The position numbers and the translations under genes were made by a program. 55,019 nt of DNA from a virus (taxonomy: Duplodnaviria; Caudoviricetes): the IMG/VR virus record IMGVR_UViG_3300016484_001516, positions 1 to 55,019 of that record; one strand, written 5' to 3'. The notes under the pieces are model-generated. The model worked only from the letters and a program-made list of their open reading frames with translations, was not told where the DNA came from and ran no database searches. This document shows positions 33,837-43,642 of this stretch, in pieces; the first letter of the stretch is position 1, and every line of letters begins with the position of its first letter.

Positions 33837-36421
33837 TATCTTGACATTAAAATTCCCACTCTATAATTGTCAATATCTTTTTCAGATACCTCTTTCATAA
33901 TCAATATTTTACCTTCAGAAACGGTCACAATTATGGGCGTTTCCTTGAAGTATTTCACGTAAGTTGTTTCCAACTTACTGCCATTTTTCACGCGATATAC
34001 CTCGCTCGCATTTGCCAACACTTTCTCAAGATTATGCGCATATTTCCACGCATTTTCTAAGGTTTTTTCAGCCTTTTTCTTCTCAAGAAAAACCTCCGTA
34101 TTATCGCCATTTGGAAGCGGAAGATTGGTCTGAAAGACAATATCGCCATTTTCATTCGCTGCCAATGATTCAATCCAAGTCTTGTAATCCACCTTACTTT
34201 GTGCGTCTGTTGCTTTTTTGGGCATTTTCGATTGCTGCTCATAGATTTTTGTACCTGTTTTCATTCCATAGTTTTTCACCGCAGAAAGTTCAGATACTTT
34301 TCTTGTCGGAAGCGACTCATTATAAGGATGCTTATCATTGAAAATGATTTTCTCCTTGCCCACATTGCCTTTCATGTAAGATGGCGTTTTGTCCGCCATT
34401 AGTGCCTGCGCGTCAGCCGAACTAATCCTATTATCCGTATTGGTGTTATCCACTTGAATCACATAGCAACGGCATTTGAATCCATTGAGCGGATAATAAT
34501 AGTCCCAAAAAGGGTCTTCAATAGGAAAAATGGCATTATGAAGGCGAGCGTGTTCTTCCCGCGTCCTGTCGTCCTGGACTGCTTTGTATTGCAAGTTTGG
34601 GAGAATATCCTTTTCAGCATTAATCTGCACCCACTTAGATGCCATTTGTGAGCTTCCGATTGCAGTATCATATTCCGCCTTCAAATAATTGACATTATAC
34701 CTGTAGCCAACAGCCGTTGCATCAGTCTTGAAGTCTTGGAATGTCCTTACATTCCCATCCGCATCAGTAAGCAAATCACGCAACTCCACCAACTCATCAT
34801 AAGTTTTGGCTGCGGAGAAAGCGAAAAGATTAGTTTGTAGGTGTTGAATCATTAATGCATCAGGCGTATTGTAATCAATATTGACCTTATAGCCTTCGGC
34901 AATACTGCCTTGCAATGCTTCCGACAATTTCAGATAGAAAGCCGTATGTAACTCATTTTCAGTAATATTGCCATTATATAAGTCGGTGAGCATTTGCTCA
35001 AATTCGCTATCTAACGTGGCATAATCAATGTTCGCAACCACAACTCTCCCCATAGAGGTTTTGTAAGCGTTCTCGCCTGTTGCTGGCTGCGGGAACGCTT
35101 CCTGAAAATTTTTCACTTTCAGGTTGGGGTTTGGCGGAGGAGGTGCTGCTTCTTCCACAATTGGGATACCGAATTTTTCTGTAATGAACTCCGCAGGAAC
35201 TTTGTAGTTGCTACTGATTACTCCTTGCACGATTGTCCACAGTTCTACAAGAGTTACCTTATCTTCGGGGTCGAACTGAAAAGCGCAGTCTTGCAGAGGA
35301 TAGCCCCAACTTACCATTAATGGCAATAATTGTGTATTGACAATGTCCTGCAAGAATTGCCTGTCGCTCTCCATTATATCGTCTGCAATTTCAAGATGCG
35401 TTTTGGATTGGGCGAATGTACCACCTGAACCATTGGCGGAGGTACTATTAATGAGTGTCCCGCCAAGAATGAGCTTATTAATCTGACCATCTTTTCGAGC
35501 AAGAAAACGCTCATACACATTGAAGGCATCTCCGCTACCTGCGCTAAGTAATTGAAAATCAGTTTGTGTTGGTAATCGCATCCACATCGCATCCGCCATG
35601 CTGTCGAGCATATAATCTATTTCGGATAATACTTTTGGATTGTTGGAAGCTGTTTTCGCCACGCGAATGGGCATTCCAAACATTTCAGCGTACTTCATCC
35701 AAAAACTTTCCATGAACTTCACGAAAATAGCCTCCTTCGATACATTTTCGAGTATTCCTAGCTCTGTGGCTTTGCCTACCTCAATAATGGTACGCTGATA
35801 TTCCTCCGCATCATAGCTAATACCTGCGGAATCCGAATCGGAAATTTTCCTCAGCACTACGCGCACGTTGGGAACGACATTTTTTCTGTCCACAACATCT
35901 GCTCCTACAATCTGTCCATCAACAATATTCAATTCAATAAGCGTGTAGCCCCAAAATAGACTTTCAAGTGCTTTTTTCAGAAATTCGTTTCTGAACCAAG
36001 GCGCGTTCAGAATTTTCGTTTTTTCCTTATCTTCCTTCCCATTCTTATCCACTACACGAAACTTAGACTTAGTTGCACGATTAAGGCGTAACTCCACTGC
36101 GGCTAATACGTCAAGATTACCAAGTGTATTTTCATAGACTTCAATGAGTGAATATCTGCGCTGGTCTTTGGGTTGTTTCGCCCAGGACACAGCTGCTTTC
36201 CACTTGTTTATATCGGGAATCGTATAAGAGTACGCTTCCCTAATAATATTAGCTAATAGAGACCCTCCACTATTACCCGCACTCCCCGACTTTGCCACAG
36301 CGTTACGTACATTATAATGATGTTTGCTGCGCTCATCTACTAAGTTTTCCCCACTATTATCTATATTAGAAAATAGTGTGTTTTTTTCGTCTGTATTGAT
36401 TGCAGGTTTTTTCTTTCTCAT
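33836..36421 (-). CDS. Portal (DUF935/Mu gp29) fused to MuF (gp30) head morphogenesis domain plus C-terminal extension
   Basis: ESLFWGYTLIEL, WMKYAEMFGMPIRVAKT, INKLILGGTL, QSKTH; then LQYKAVQDDRTREEH, DPFWDYYYPLNGFKCRC. Confidence 0.88.
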   Translation of the reverse strand: MRKKKPAINTDEKNTLFSNIDNSGENLVDERSKHHYNVRNAVAKSGSAGNSGGSLLANIIREAYSYTIPDINKWKAAVSWAKQPKDQRRYSLIEVYENTLGNLDVLAAVELRLNRATKSKFRVVDKNGKEDKEKTKILNAPWFRNEFLKKALESLFWGYTLIELNIVDGQIVGADVVDRKNVVPNVRVVLRKISDSDSAGISYDAEEYQRTIIEVGKATELGILENVSKEAIFVKFMESFWMKYAEMFGMPIRVAKTASNNPKVLSEIDYMLDSMADAMWMRLPTQTDFQLLSAGSGDAFNVYERFLARKDGQINKLILGGTLINSTSANGSGGTFAQSKTHLEIADDIMESDRQFLQDIVNTQLLPLMVSWGYPLQDCAFQFDPEDKVTLVELWTIVQGVISSNYKVPAEFITEKFGIPIVEEAAPPPPNPNLKVKNFQEAFPQPATGENAYKTSMGRVVVANIDYATLDSEFEQMLTDLYNGNITENELHTAFYLKLSEALQGSIAEGYKVNIDYNTPDALMIQHLQTNLFAFSAAKTYDELVELRDLLTDADGNVRTFQDFKTDATAVGYRYNVNYLKAEYDTAIGSSQMASKWVQINAEKDILPNLQYKAVQDDRTREEHARLHNAIFPIEDPFWDYYYPLNGFKCRCYVIQVDNTNTDNRISSADAQALMADKTPSYMKGNVGKEKIIFNDKHPYNESLPTRKVSELSAVKNYGMKTGTKIYEQQSKMPKKATDAQSKVDYKTWIESLAANENGDIVFQTNLPLPNGDNTEVFLEKKKAEKTLENAWKYAHNLEKVLANASEVYRVKNGSKLETTYVKYFKETPIIVTVSEGKILIMKEVSEKDIDNYRVGILMSR

Positions 36422-36484
36422 AATACGGTTTAAGCCTTATAATTGAATTTAAACGAATTTAAACGGGTATTTTTCGTATTTTAA

Positions 36485-36904
36485 TCACACATCAAAATCT
36501 CGCTTAGTGCTTTTTTTGTATCCCACCATTTCGGGCGGTGCTTGATTCGAAATTTCCCGCAGAGGAAGGTCAGGAATAACCTGTCCACTCGCTGCCATTT
36601 TTAGCCATTTTAATGCGGCTTCCCAAGAAGCTTTGCGAGCTTCGGGAACTGTATTTGGTGCGGAGGCTACCCACAAATTATATATCACACAATCCACGAA
36701 ATATTTCACAAGAAGGCTATCCCTGCGATTGCCGTTCTGCGCGAAAATTGTTGTAACATCAAATCTCTCCCGCAAGTAAGATTCGAACTCTACTTGTGTT
36801 GCCTCCACATAAGGATTAATATTCGTATAATCATTATTGACTAGGACATCAAGTTGGTCTTCGGGAATGAATGGCTTTAGGTCTGTTGCTGTTATGAATG
36901 CCAT
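36485..36904 (-). CDS. Head-tail adaptor, Mu gp36 (DUF1320)
   Basis: MAFITATDL, SYLRERFDV..IF, DCVIYNL, WEAALKWLK...PDLP. Confidence 0.82.
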   Translation of the reverse strand: MAFITATDLKPFIPEDQLDVLVNNDYTNINPYVEATQVEFESYLRERFDVTTIFAQNGNRRDSLLVKYFVDCVIYNLWVASAPNTVPEARKASWEAALKWLKMAASGQVIPDLPLREISNQAPPEMVGYKKSTKRDFDV

Positions 36905-36905
36905 A

Positions 36906-37283
36906 CTAAAAAAAGCAATAATAGTAAATACAAATAATTGCAACATTATGAAGTAGTTGGTCTATCCCGAAAATATACCAATGGTATTTATTCATGGGGT
37001 TTTGTAAACTTGGAAACCAAGCGTTCATTTTCCCTTTCCATACATCAATACAAAAATGGGTAAGCAGTTGGAAGAGGAATATTTTCCACAAAAAGGAAAA
37101 ATTAAGACAAAAAAATAAAGAAGCCACTCCCATCAGAACTGCGTGTACAGTTGCATGAGCTAAAATTGGTATTAGGGGAAATCCTAATTTTTTCGCATTG
37201 AGCATCCAAGATGTTGATAGATGCGTGTAATCGGCAGCCCAATGGCATAGCATTAATACAATTACGAAGAAGATACCATTCAT
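36906..37283 (-). CDS. DUF3307-like membrane protein
   Basis: HWAADY, HATVH, THFCIDVWK, GIDQLLH. Confidence 0.8.
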   Translation of the reverse strand: MNGIFFVIVLMLCHWAADYTHLSTSWMLNAKKLGFPLIPILAHATVHAVLMGVASLFFCLNFSFLWKIFLFQLLTHFCIDVWKGKMNAWFPSLQNPMNKYHWYIFGIDQLLHNVAIICIYYYCFF

Positions 37284-37309
37284 AAATATTAGAAATTATA
37301 AATTCATTA

Positions 37310-37708
37310 TTAAAGTAACTCCGCTGCTTCGCCTTTTAATACCAAAACTGTGAAAACACCAAATTCCTCATGTCTGCCATTCGGAAATTGTGAGTCCACA
37401 AAAACAGGTTTCACCGCGATTTGCATTTGTCCTGTTGGGAATTCTTTTGTCGTTTGTGCGTCAAGAAGTAGGTTCACCGTTGCATTGTCATTCGCATCAA
37501 TTTCCAAAGGCAGAGAACCTGCTACCTGATTGAGTGAAAAACGAGCAACTTCGTTCCCGCTGATTTTTGCAATAGCGAAAATGTCCACAACAATATTTGA
37601 CTGTGCTGGTCCAACGGGAACAGCAGTTACATTGCCATTTATTAATCTTTGAAGTTGGAGAGTGATTTTTTTATCTTCTCCCTGTTTGAAGTTTTGTAAG
37701 TCCGCCAT
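37310..37708 (-). CDS. Hypothetical beta-rich late protein
   Basis: 132 aa in the late operon. Confidence 0.6.
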   Translation of the reverse strand: MADLQNFKQGEDKKITLQLQRLINGNVTAVPVGPAQSNIVVDIFAIAKISGNEVARFSLNQVAGSLPLEIDANDNATVNLLLDAQTTKEFPTGQMQIAVKPVFVDSQFPNGRHEEFGVFTVLVLKGEAAELL

Positions 37709-37709
37709 A

Positions 37710-38006
37710 CTATTTCCATTGAGGTTTTAGAATATTAATATTTTCAATTTGCGTTACATTGAGCGTATCATAATGACACTGCCCCCTCGCATTTTCTCTG
37801 ATAAACACAGTTACAGAGTCGGTCAGGAACTCGCAACTGTTATAGTAGTTTTTGCCCCCTTTACGGAGGGTAACTTCGTAGTCGTAGCTTGCAACATTTG
37901 CGGAGGCGGTGAGCGAGCGTTCACTCTTATTAGTCTTTTGACCGTAGAAAATAAGCGCGATGAACATTAGTGTCCACAATAGTGATAATTTCGATTTCAT
38001 TATCAT
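37710..38006 (-). CDS. N-terminal TM protein (possible lysis accessory)
   Basis: Hydrophobic N-terminus, 98 aa. Confidence 0.5.
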   Translation of the reverse strand: MIMKSKLSLLWTLMFIALIFYGQKTNKSERSLTASANVASYDYEVTLRKGGKNYYNSCEFLTDSVTVFIRENARGQCHYDTLNVTQIENINILKPQWK

Positions 38007-38278
38007 CTCTTTTTTGATTTTGATGGGAAAGATTTTGACGTATATCTCAACTCCTCATTGCATTTCAACAGTTGCAGTTGGAGCATCATAATTCTTGTAT
38101 TAAGCGTGTCAATCTTGGTATTAGACCTCTCATATTTTTCATTAAGCGTGACATTCTCCTTATATATATAGTATCCGAACCCAATAATTGCGATTAAGAA
38201 TAATACTGCTCCTACCCCATAATTTTTGCGCACGTCCTTTGAAATCTCTTTTACTTCGTTTGTGATTGTATTTCCCAT
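38003..38278 (-). CDS. Single-TM coiled-coil protein (holin/spanin candidate)
   Basis: YGVGAVLFLIAIIGFGYYIY TM followed by coiled coil. Confidence 0.5.
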   Translation of the reverse strand: MGNTITNEVKEISKDVRKNYGVGAVLFLIAIIGFGYYIYKENVTLNEKYERSNTKIDTLNTRIMMLQLQLLKCNEELRYTSKSFPSKSKKR

Positions 38279-38301
38279 TACAATTCAGTTTAGTTAGTGA
38301 T

Positions 38302-39828
38302 TTAGTGGTTAAGTTTAGACCTGCGTTTGACCACTTTTATGTTGTTTTTCTCCTTTGACTTTTTCGAGTATGCGATTTTATCAAGTTTTACCTTTGCGCC
38401 ATGAAGTGCATCGGGAAAGTCGTCATTCGCGCTACTGCCTTCTTCAAATGCCAATAGCTGATTTTTTGCCGTTTCCCAATCGGGTTGTTCTTTTAGTCTA
38501 TTGGAGAAGAATATTTTTCCCCTTAAGAAAAGAGGTTGCAAACTCTTAATACGGGCAGTCTTATCGCCCTTCCTATCTGTATCAGGGATAATGTCGAGCC
38601 ATACGCCTCGTTCTTCCCCCTCAAGGTCATAGTCTTCCACCAACTCATCTTGATTGAAACTACCCTCAATCCAATGCACAGGGTAGCAATCGTTGGCAGT
38701 GAACTCGAAAGCCGTATCATAATGCCAACTCGTCATTATGGGCATCTCTGCCCTTCGACAGAATACGCGCAGCAAGTCATATTCTGAACCCGTTTTTCCC
38801 AAAGCCGCAATCGCCTTCGTATCTGAAGTTTTCTTAGACTTCCAAGTGGGGTCTACATAGAAAACAACTCCATCATATTCGTGTAATGGCAATTCATCAC
38901 GAAAAACAATCTGTTCCGCCTTGAAGAATGTCCCCTCCTCAAGAGGTTCATTCATGTACTCACGCTGAAAAGCAAAAAAGCCAATTCGCTTTTTCTTTTT
39001 CGCAATCCATTCCTTTGTAATGAAATTCGCTGCGGGATTGCCTTGCTTATCCATTATGTCCACACGAATAATCTCAATATCCTTATTATGCTCCTTGAGC
39101 ATAGCTCCGATGGATATTTTCGAGAAGAAATTATTGTCGAACACGAAACGGCTGCTACCTTCGCCACCTGTTTCAATTGTACCCATCAAATCCTCCATGA
39201 GCCAATCATACATTTCCTTGCAACGGGAAGGATTTTTAGATAAGGCTTTGCTGTCAAGGTCGGTTGCGAGAATGTAATCAGGGCGAACCATGTTCTTATT
39301 AAGACCGCGAGGGCTTTGCCCCATACCCATTCCTACGAATGATACTCCATTCATAGTCGTGAACTCCAAGTCTTCCCAACTGCCGAGTTGTTTCTGCGCA
39401 CCGAAATCCGCAATGAAACGAGCGTTAGAACTAAGATTTGCGTGAATATTTCCAAGTAGTCTTTTCGCTTGCTTTTCATTGATACCAATAAGCACCATGA
39501 ATTTCATTTCGCCACGTGCCATCATCATAAGCGGGAGAATACACGAAAGCCAAGTTGTTTTCCTTGCACCGCGAAACATCATCCACCAACCGAAAAAGTC
39601 TTTATTTTTCAGTAGTTTTTTTGCCGCCTTGATAATATACTCAGGCGTTTCTTTCAAGTAAGGAAAATAATACTCTTGAAATTTCTTAGGGTCATTCAAG
39701 AGCTTTTCAATCCTCTTTTTCCTTTCAGCTTCAGATTCTTGAGGTAGCGAGCTTGTTTCTTTTTTTATCCGTTCTGTGTAGAGTGCTACCTGCTTTTTTA
39801 TTTGAATGTCGGTCATTTGCTTAATCAT
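38302..39828 (-). CDS. terL: Terminase large subunit
   Basis: FRGARKTT, GQSPRG, RPDYILATDLD, FQREYMNEP, YVDPTW, NDDFPDAL. Confidence 0.9.
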   Translation of the reverse strand: MIKQMTDIQIKKQVALYTERIKKETSSLPQESEAERKKRIEKLLNDPKKFQEYYFPYLKETPEYIIKAAKKLLKNKDFFGWWMMFRGARKTTWLSCILPLMMMARGEMKFMVLIGINEKQAKRLLGNIHANLSSNARFIADFGAQKQLGSWEDLEFTTMNGVSFVGMGMGQSPRGLNKNMVRPDYILATDLDSKALSKNPSRCKEMYDWLMEDLMGTIETGGEGSSRFVFDNNFFSKISIGAMLKEHNKDIEIIRVDIMDKQGNPAANFITKEWIAKKKKRIGFFAFQREYMNEPLEEGTFFKAEQIVFRDELPLHEYDGVVFYVDPTWKSKKTSDTKAIAALGKTGSEYDLLRVFCRRAEMPIMTSWHYDTAFEFTANDCYPVHWIEGSFNQDELVEDYDLEGEERGVWLDIIPDTDRKGDKTARIKSLQPLFLRGKIFFSNRLKEQPDWETAKNQLLAFEEGSSANDDFPDALHGAKVKLDKIAYSKKSKEKNNIKVVKRRSKLNH

Positions 39829-40280
39829 ACCGCATCATACTCGCTTATTTGTTTTTCCATGTATGCCTGAAAGTGAGTTGCGATTTTCCCAAGCGTATCT
39901 CCATCAATATCCTCCGAAACGAACCTCATGTAATCCAAGAAGCCTGTAATCGCTTGGAACATTTGCGAAGGTACAAGCCTCAACTTGTGCTGCGCAGCGA
40001 TAAGTTTCGCAATGGTATCTGCCTCTTTAGAGGTGATGGGGAGTTCTCTCTCATCTATTGCCGCGAATAGCTTGTTGAGATACATATTGAGTTTTTGAGC
40101 TGTTTTTTCGGGTGAACTTTTTACTGTTTCTTTTTTCTCCGCCCAATTGTCCTGTGCAGCCCACAAGTTCACTGTTTTTATGGATACGCCAAGCGTAGTC
40201 GCTATGTCTTTTTGGGTTTTGCCCTCATAGAGATAGGTCAGCTCTGCTAATTTTCTTATTGCTACTTTTGAATTTGCCAT
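39825..40280 (-). CDS. Terminase small subunit-like HTH (DUF1804 type)
   Basis: TQKDIATTLGVSIKTVNLWAAQDNW, EADTIAKL; upstream of terL. Confidence 0.78.
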   Translation of the reverse strand: MANSKVAIRKLAELTYLYEGKTQKDIATTLGVSIKTVNLWAAQDNWAEKKETVKSSPEKTAQKLNMYLNKLFAAIDERELPITSKEADTIAKLIAAQHKLRLVPSQMFQAITGFLDYMRFVSEDIDGDTLGKIATHFQAYMEKQISEYDAV

Positions 40281-40510
40281 TTTTTTTAGGTGTGATTTTC
40301 GTTGCAAAGTAAAAGATTATTGAGGGGGTAAGAAAAAAATAGGTTACAATTACACTAAAAATATTAGGAAATAGCAATAATTTTTTGTATATAAATTACA
40401 AAAAAAAGGTTAATTACAACCTATTATTTTGCCCTGCCTAAAAAACCTCTCATTTTTGTAATCGAATCAAATGGGGAGGCGAGCTTGGAGAAAGTCCAGC
40501 CCTCCCAACA

Positions 40511-41839
40511 ATGTTAAAAATAATAGCATTTAAAATGAGTCAAAATCCGACAAAATCTCCGCTGCAAATGTTCACGAAAGTGGGCAATAATGCCGCTACT
40601 GTAGGGGTGATTAGAATATATAGTACAATTTGGGGGGATAGTTGGTGGTTCAGAGATACTGCCCAAAATATTAGAAATTTGGCTGCTCAATGTTCCGAAC
40701 TTGAAATTCGCATTCATACCTACGGAGGCGATGTGTTCAATGCCATTGGTATTCATAATCTAATCAAGAGTTTAGGCATTCCTGTGACAGCTTATATTGA
40801 TGGAGTTTGCGCGAGCGCGGGAACTATCATTGCTTGCGCTGCGGATAAGGTATATATGTACACGCTTGGTTTCTACATGATTCACCTGCCGACCATTTCT
40901 ATGGAGGACGTGGAGGTGAAGAAGGCGGAATCTGTAATTGCGATGGTTAAGGAGTTCACTACCTTAGCTGTTCAGATGTACATGAAAAAAACGGGATTGC
41001 CCGAAAAGGAAATCCAAGACATGATGGATGCGGAAACATGGCTAAGTTCTGCTAGTGCGCTACAAAAAAAATTCATTGATGGTATTGAGGCGGCTTCGCC
41101 TATGCAAGCAGACCCAACAGCCCTTACCACAGCAATGAGTAGCAACGATAAATTTTCAATATTCAATTCTTACAAACCAATGGTAGATAACCCACAAAAT
41201 AATGTCGGTGGCAGCGGAGCTAATCCGCAAACGCCTCCACAAAATAACGTGAATGGTGCTGGAGCTAATCCGCAGACCCCTCCGCCAGCTGTGCCTATTG
41301 TAGATAATGCGGCTGCAACTGCTACCGCTAACTTCTTCAATATGCAAGCGGCTGAAACGAGAGAACTTATTATGAAAAATGCTCCTCATGTGGAAAAATT
41401 AGTGATGCTAATTGAAAAGTATGGGGCAGGAGAAGTAGCTGTAATCTCTAATGAAATTAGCAGAGTACAGTTAGAAAATGCGGCGCACTTGAAAACGATT
41501 GAAAACAAGGAAAGAGAAATCGCAGCCTTGAAACAATCTATTCGTATTGCGACTGTTACGAATGCGCAGAAGGAAGGAAAAATCACCGCACAAGAAGCAG
41601 AGTTATTCATGAGCGCGACTTATACAGATGAGCAAGTGAATGGCATTATCTCTATGAGAAAGCCGATTCGAAAATTATCTGATGCGATTGATGCGGGCGC
41701 GAATATGAGCCATTATGGTAAGACTTATTTGGAATTATCGAAGGAAAATCCTGATTATCTTGAAAACCTGCGCATCAATAATAATGCTGAATACCAACGT
41801 CTATATGACGATGAGTTGGGCAGACAAAAGAGAAAATAA
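40511..41839 (+). CDS. ClpP-type head maturation protease/scaffold
   Basis: IHTYGGDVF, IDGVCASAGTII, YMIHLP, MDAETWLSS..A..KKFID; 45-bp tandem repeat at 41192-41281. Confidence 0.88.
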   Translation: MLKIIAFKMSQNPTKSPLQMFTKVGNNAATVGVIRIYSTIWGDSWWFRDTAQNIRNLAAQCSELEIRIHTYGGDVFNAIGIHNLIKSLGIPVTAYIDGVCASAGTIIACAADKVYMYTLGFYMIHLPTISMEDVEVKKAESVIAMVKEFTTLAVQMYMKKTGLPEKEIQDMMDAETWLSSASALQKKFIDGIEAASPMQADPTALTTAMSSNDKFSIFNSYKPMVDNPQNNVGGSGANPQTPPQNNVNGAGANPQTPPPAVPIVDNAAATATANFFNMQAAETRELIMKNAPHVEKLVMLIEKYGAGEVAVISNEISRVQLENAAHLKTIENKEREIAALKQSIRIATVTNAQKEGKITAQEAELFMSATYTDEQVNGIISMRKPIRKLSDAIDAGANMSHYGKTYLELSKENPDYLENLRINNNAEYQRLYDDELGRQKRK

Positions 41840-41900
41840 GAAAAAAGATAAGGAAGGCAAACCTAATTATTCTAATCTTTAATTTTCTTATTCTTATTAT

Positions 41901-42827
41901 ATGTCAGCATTAAATCCCAACAGTACAACTCTGAATGAGCTTGTATATGGCAAGGTGTTTACGGAGGTCTTGGAAACGAAAACAGACTTCTTGAATGATA
42001 TTCCCGACTTGAGTTCTAAGGTTATCACTGCGGACTTAGTGGACCCAATGATTGTGCTTGCTAACGTAACTTCAATGCCCGAAACATTAGTAGATTACGT
42101 AGGAGCGATTCCTGACCAGGATTTGGAATTTGATGGTACTACAGTAAAGTTGAAGCGATTGGACACACAAAATACCCCAATCACAGATAAAGAAGCAGCT
42201 ACTACGAGCATGGACGTGGCGAAGAGGGTTCTTACTAATCACGCTATTTCTATTAGCGAGAAGCATAAGGCACTTTCTGTTTTCAATCTTGCGCCTTTGG
42301 CTGATAGTGCTAATACCCCAGTTTTGCCTACAACAGGAACAACTACAAATACTCGTGGATATAAGAAATTCACAGAATCCGATTTACAGGCTATGTATGC
42401 CAAGCTTATGGACACGAATACTCCCGAAGATGGGTTAGTTGCTGTTTTAGCTACGCACCACATCAATGAACTTTGCGAAAGCTCGCAAGGAGTTGGTGGA
42501 TTTAATGCAATTTGGAATGCTCGCAAGCCTGGGCAACCTGTTTACTACTCAGGTTTCACAATTTGGGGCTTTCCTACACAAAATGTAATGCACTACAAGT
42601 ATGATGGAACGAAAAACGCTTTCGGTTCGACTATGGGCAATCAAGACCGCAGAGCTTCTATCTTCTTCAACAAGTACGAGTGCGCGAAATTCTCTGTTCC
42701 TGAAGTAATTTATCTCGCGCCAAGCAAAATGGACCCTACAGGTCGCGCATCTAAAATTGGGGTAAGAAAGTACGCACTTACCTTGCCAATTAACGGAAGA
42801 TGTATCGGCGCAATCTATGAAGGTTAA
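41901..42827 (+). CDS. Major capsid protein
   Basis: 308 aa after the protease; FLNDIPDLS, LAPLADSANTPVLPTTG, VLATHHINEL. Confidence 0.75.
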   Translation: MSALNPNSTTLNELVYGKVFTEVLETKTDFLNDIPDLSSKVITADLVDPMIVLANVTSMPETLVDYVGAIPDQDLEFDGTTVKLKRLDTQNTPITDKEAATTSMDVAKRVLTNHAISISEKHKALSVFNLAPLADSANTPVLPTTGTTTNTRGYKKFTESDLQAMYAKLMDTNTPEDGLVAVLATHHINELCESSQGVGGFNAIWNARKPGQPVYYSGFTIWGFPTQNVMHYKYDGTKNAFGSTMGNQDRRASIFFNKYECAKFSVPEVIYLAPSKMDPTGRASKIGVRKYALTLPINGRCIGAIYEG

Positions 42828-42946
42828 TCTCTAATCTCATATATTTTTCGGCTTTGTCTTTAGGTTTTATCTGCTTGCTTTTGCGAGCATTAGCAAGCAG
42901 ATAGCCTTAATTTTTTTCCAAAATTCACGCAAAACTTATTTTTACA

Positions 42947-43534
42947 ATGAAACAATTTATTTTATTTTTTTCGCTTTTGCTGCCGCTCTGTTTTGCGGTA
43001 GCGAAACCGACAGTTGAACCTCCGAAGGAGAAAACGGTTATTGAAACCACAATTGAAAAAATTTCGCAGCACAAGGCTGTTATTGTTGGAACGTTGGCGG
43101 CTGTGAGCCTCATCTCCTTTGGTACTGTGAAAGTAGGAGCTTTTACGCTCCATACGGAGCAGGAAATGGAAGCAAAAGTCAAGGCTTATTTTGAAAAAAA
43201 TCCTGTTAGTGAAATCTGGACCACAAATGAAGGTACAATGCATATATCGCCTTCTAATGCCAATATGCGCAAACAGGATTTAGACCGACATTTTAAGCAG
43301 TTGAAAAGCGACAAGGTCATAGATGTGAAAAAATGGGAACGAGCCAAGTTGTTCTCTCCGATAGAAACTGCTTCCGAAGAAAATACGCCTCCAGTTAATG
43401 ATACGGGTACGGGTGGTAAGAAAGAAGATATTCCAACGGTAGGGAAAAAAGGCAAAAAAGGAGCAGAAACTGCTAACCTAAGCACAGAACCCAAAACACC
43501 TGATACGAACACAGGCGAACAAGCCGATACATAA
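42947..43534 (+). CDS. Hypothetical late protein with low-complexity tail
   Basis: 195 aa between capsid and sheath; start uncertain. Confidence 0.55.
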   Translation: MKQFILFFSLLLPLCFAVAKPTVEPPKEKTVIETTIEKISQHKAVIVGTLAAVSLISFGTVKVGAFTLHTEQEMEAKVKAYFEKNPVSEIWTTNEGTMHISPSNANMRKQDLDRHFKQLKSDKVIDVKKWERAKLFSPIETASEENTPPVNDTGTGGKKEDIPTVGKKGKKGAETANLSTEPKTPDTNTGEQADT

Positions 43535-43642
43535 TAAGAGCGCAAATTTGCGATTAATTTCAGATTTGCGTTTGTCCTTTTCTCTTTTTCAGTTCTTTTA
43601 AGTCGGGCTGCTCATAAGGGCAGTCCGAACAATGAAAAAAAC

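Noticed and set aside
39251-39286. Terminase Walker B reads ILATDLD rather than hhhhDD, suggesting a defective prophage
   Set aside because: Acidic residues remain, the gene is otherwise intact and no other structural gene shows decay
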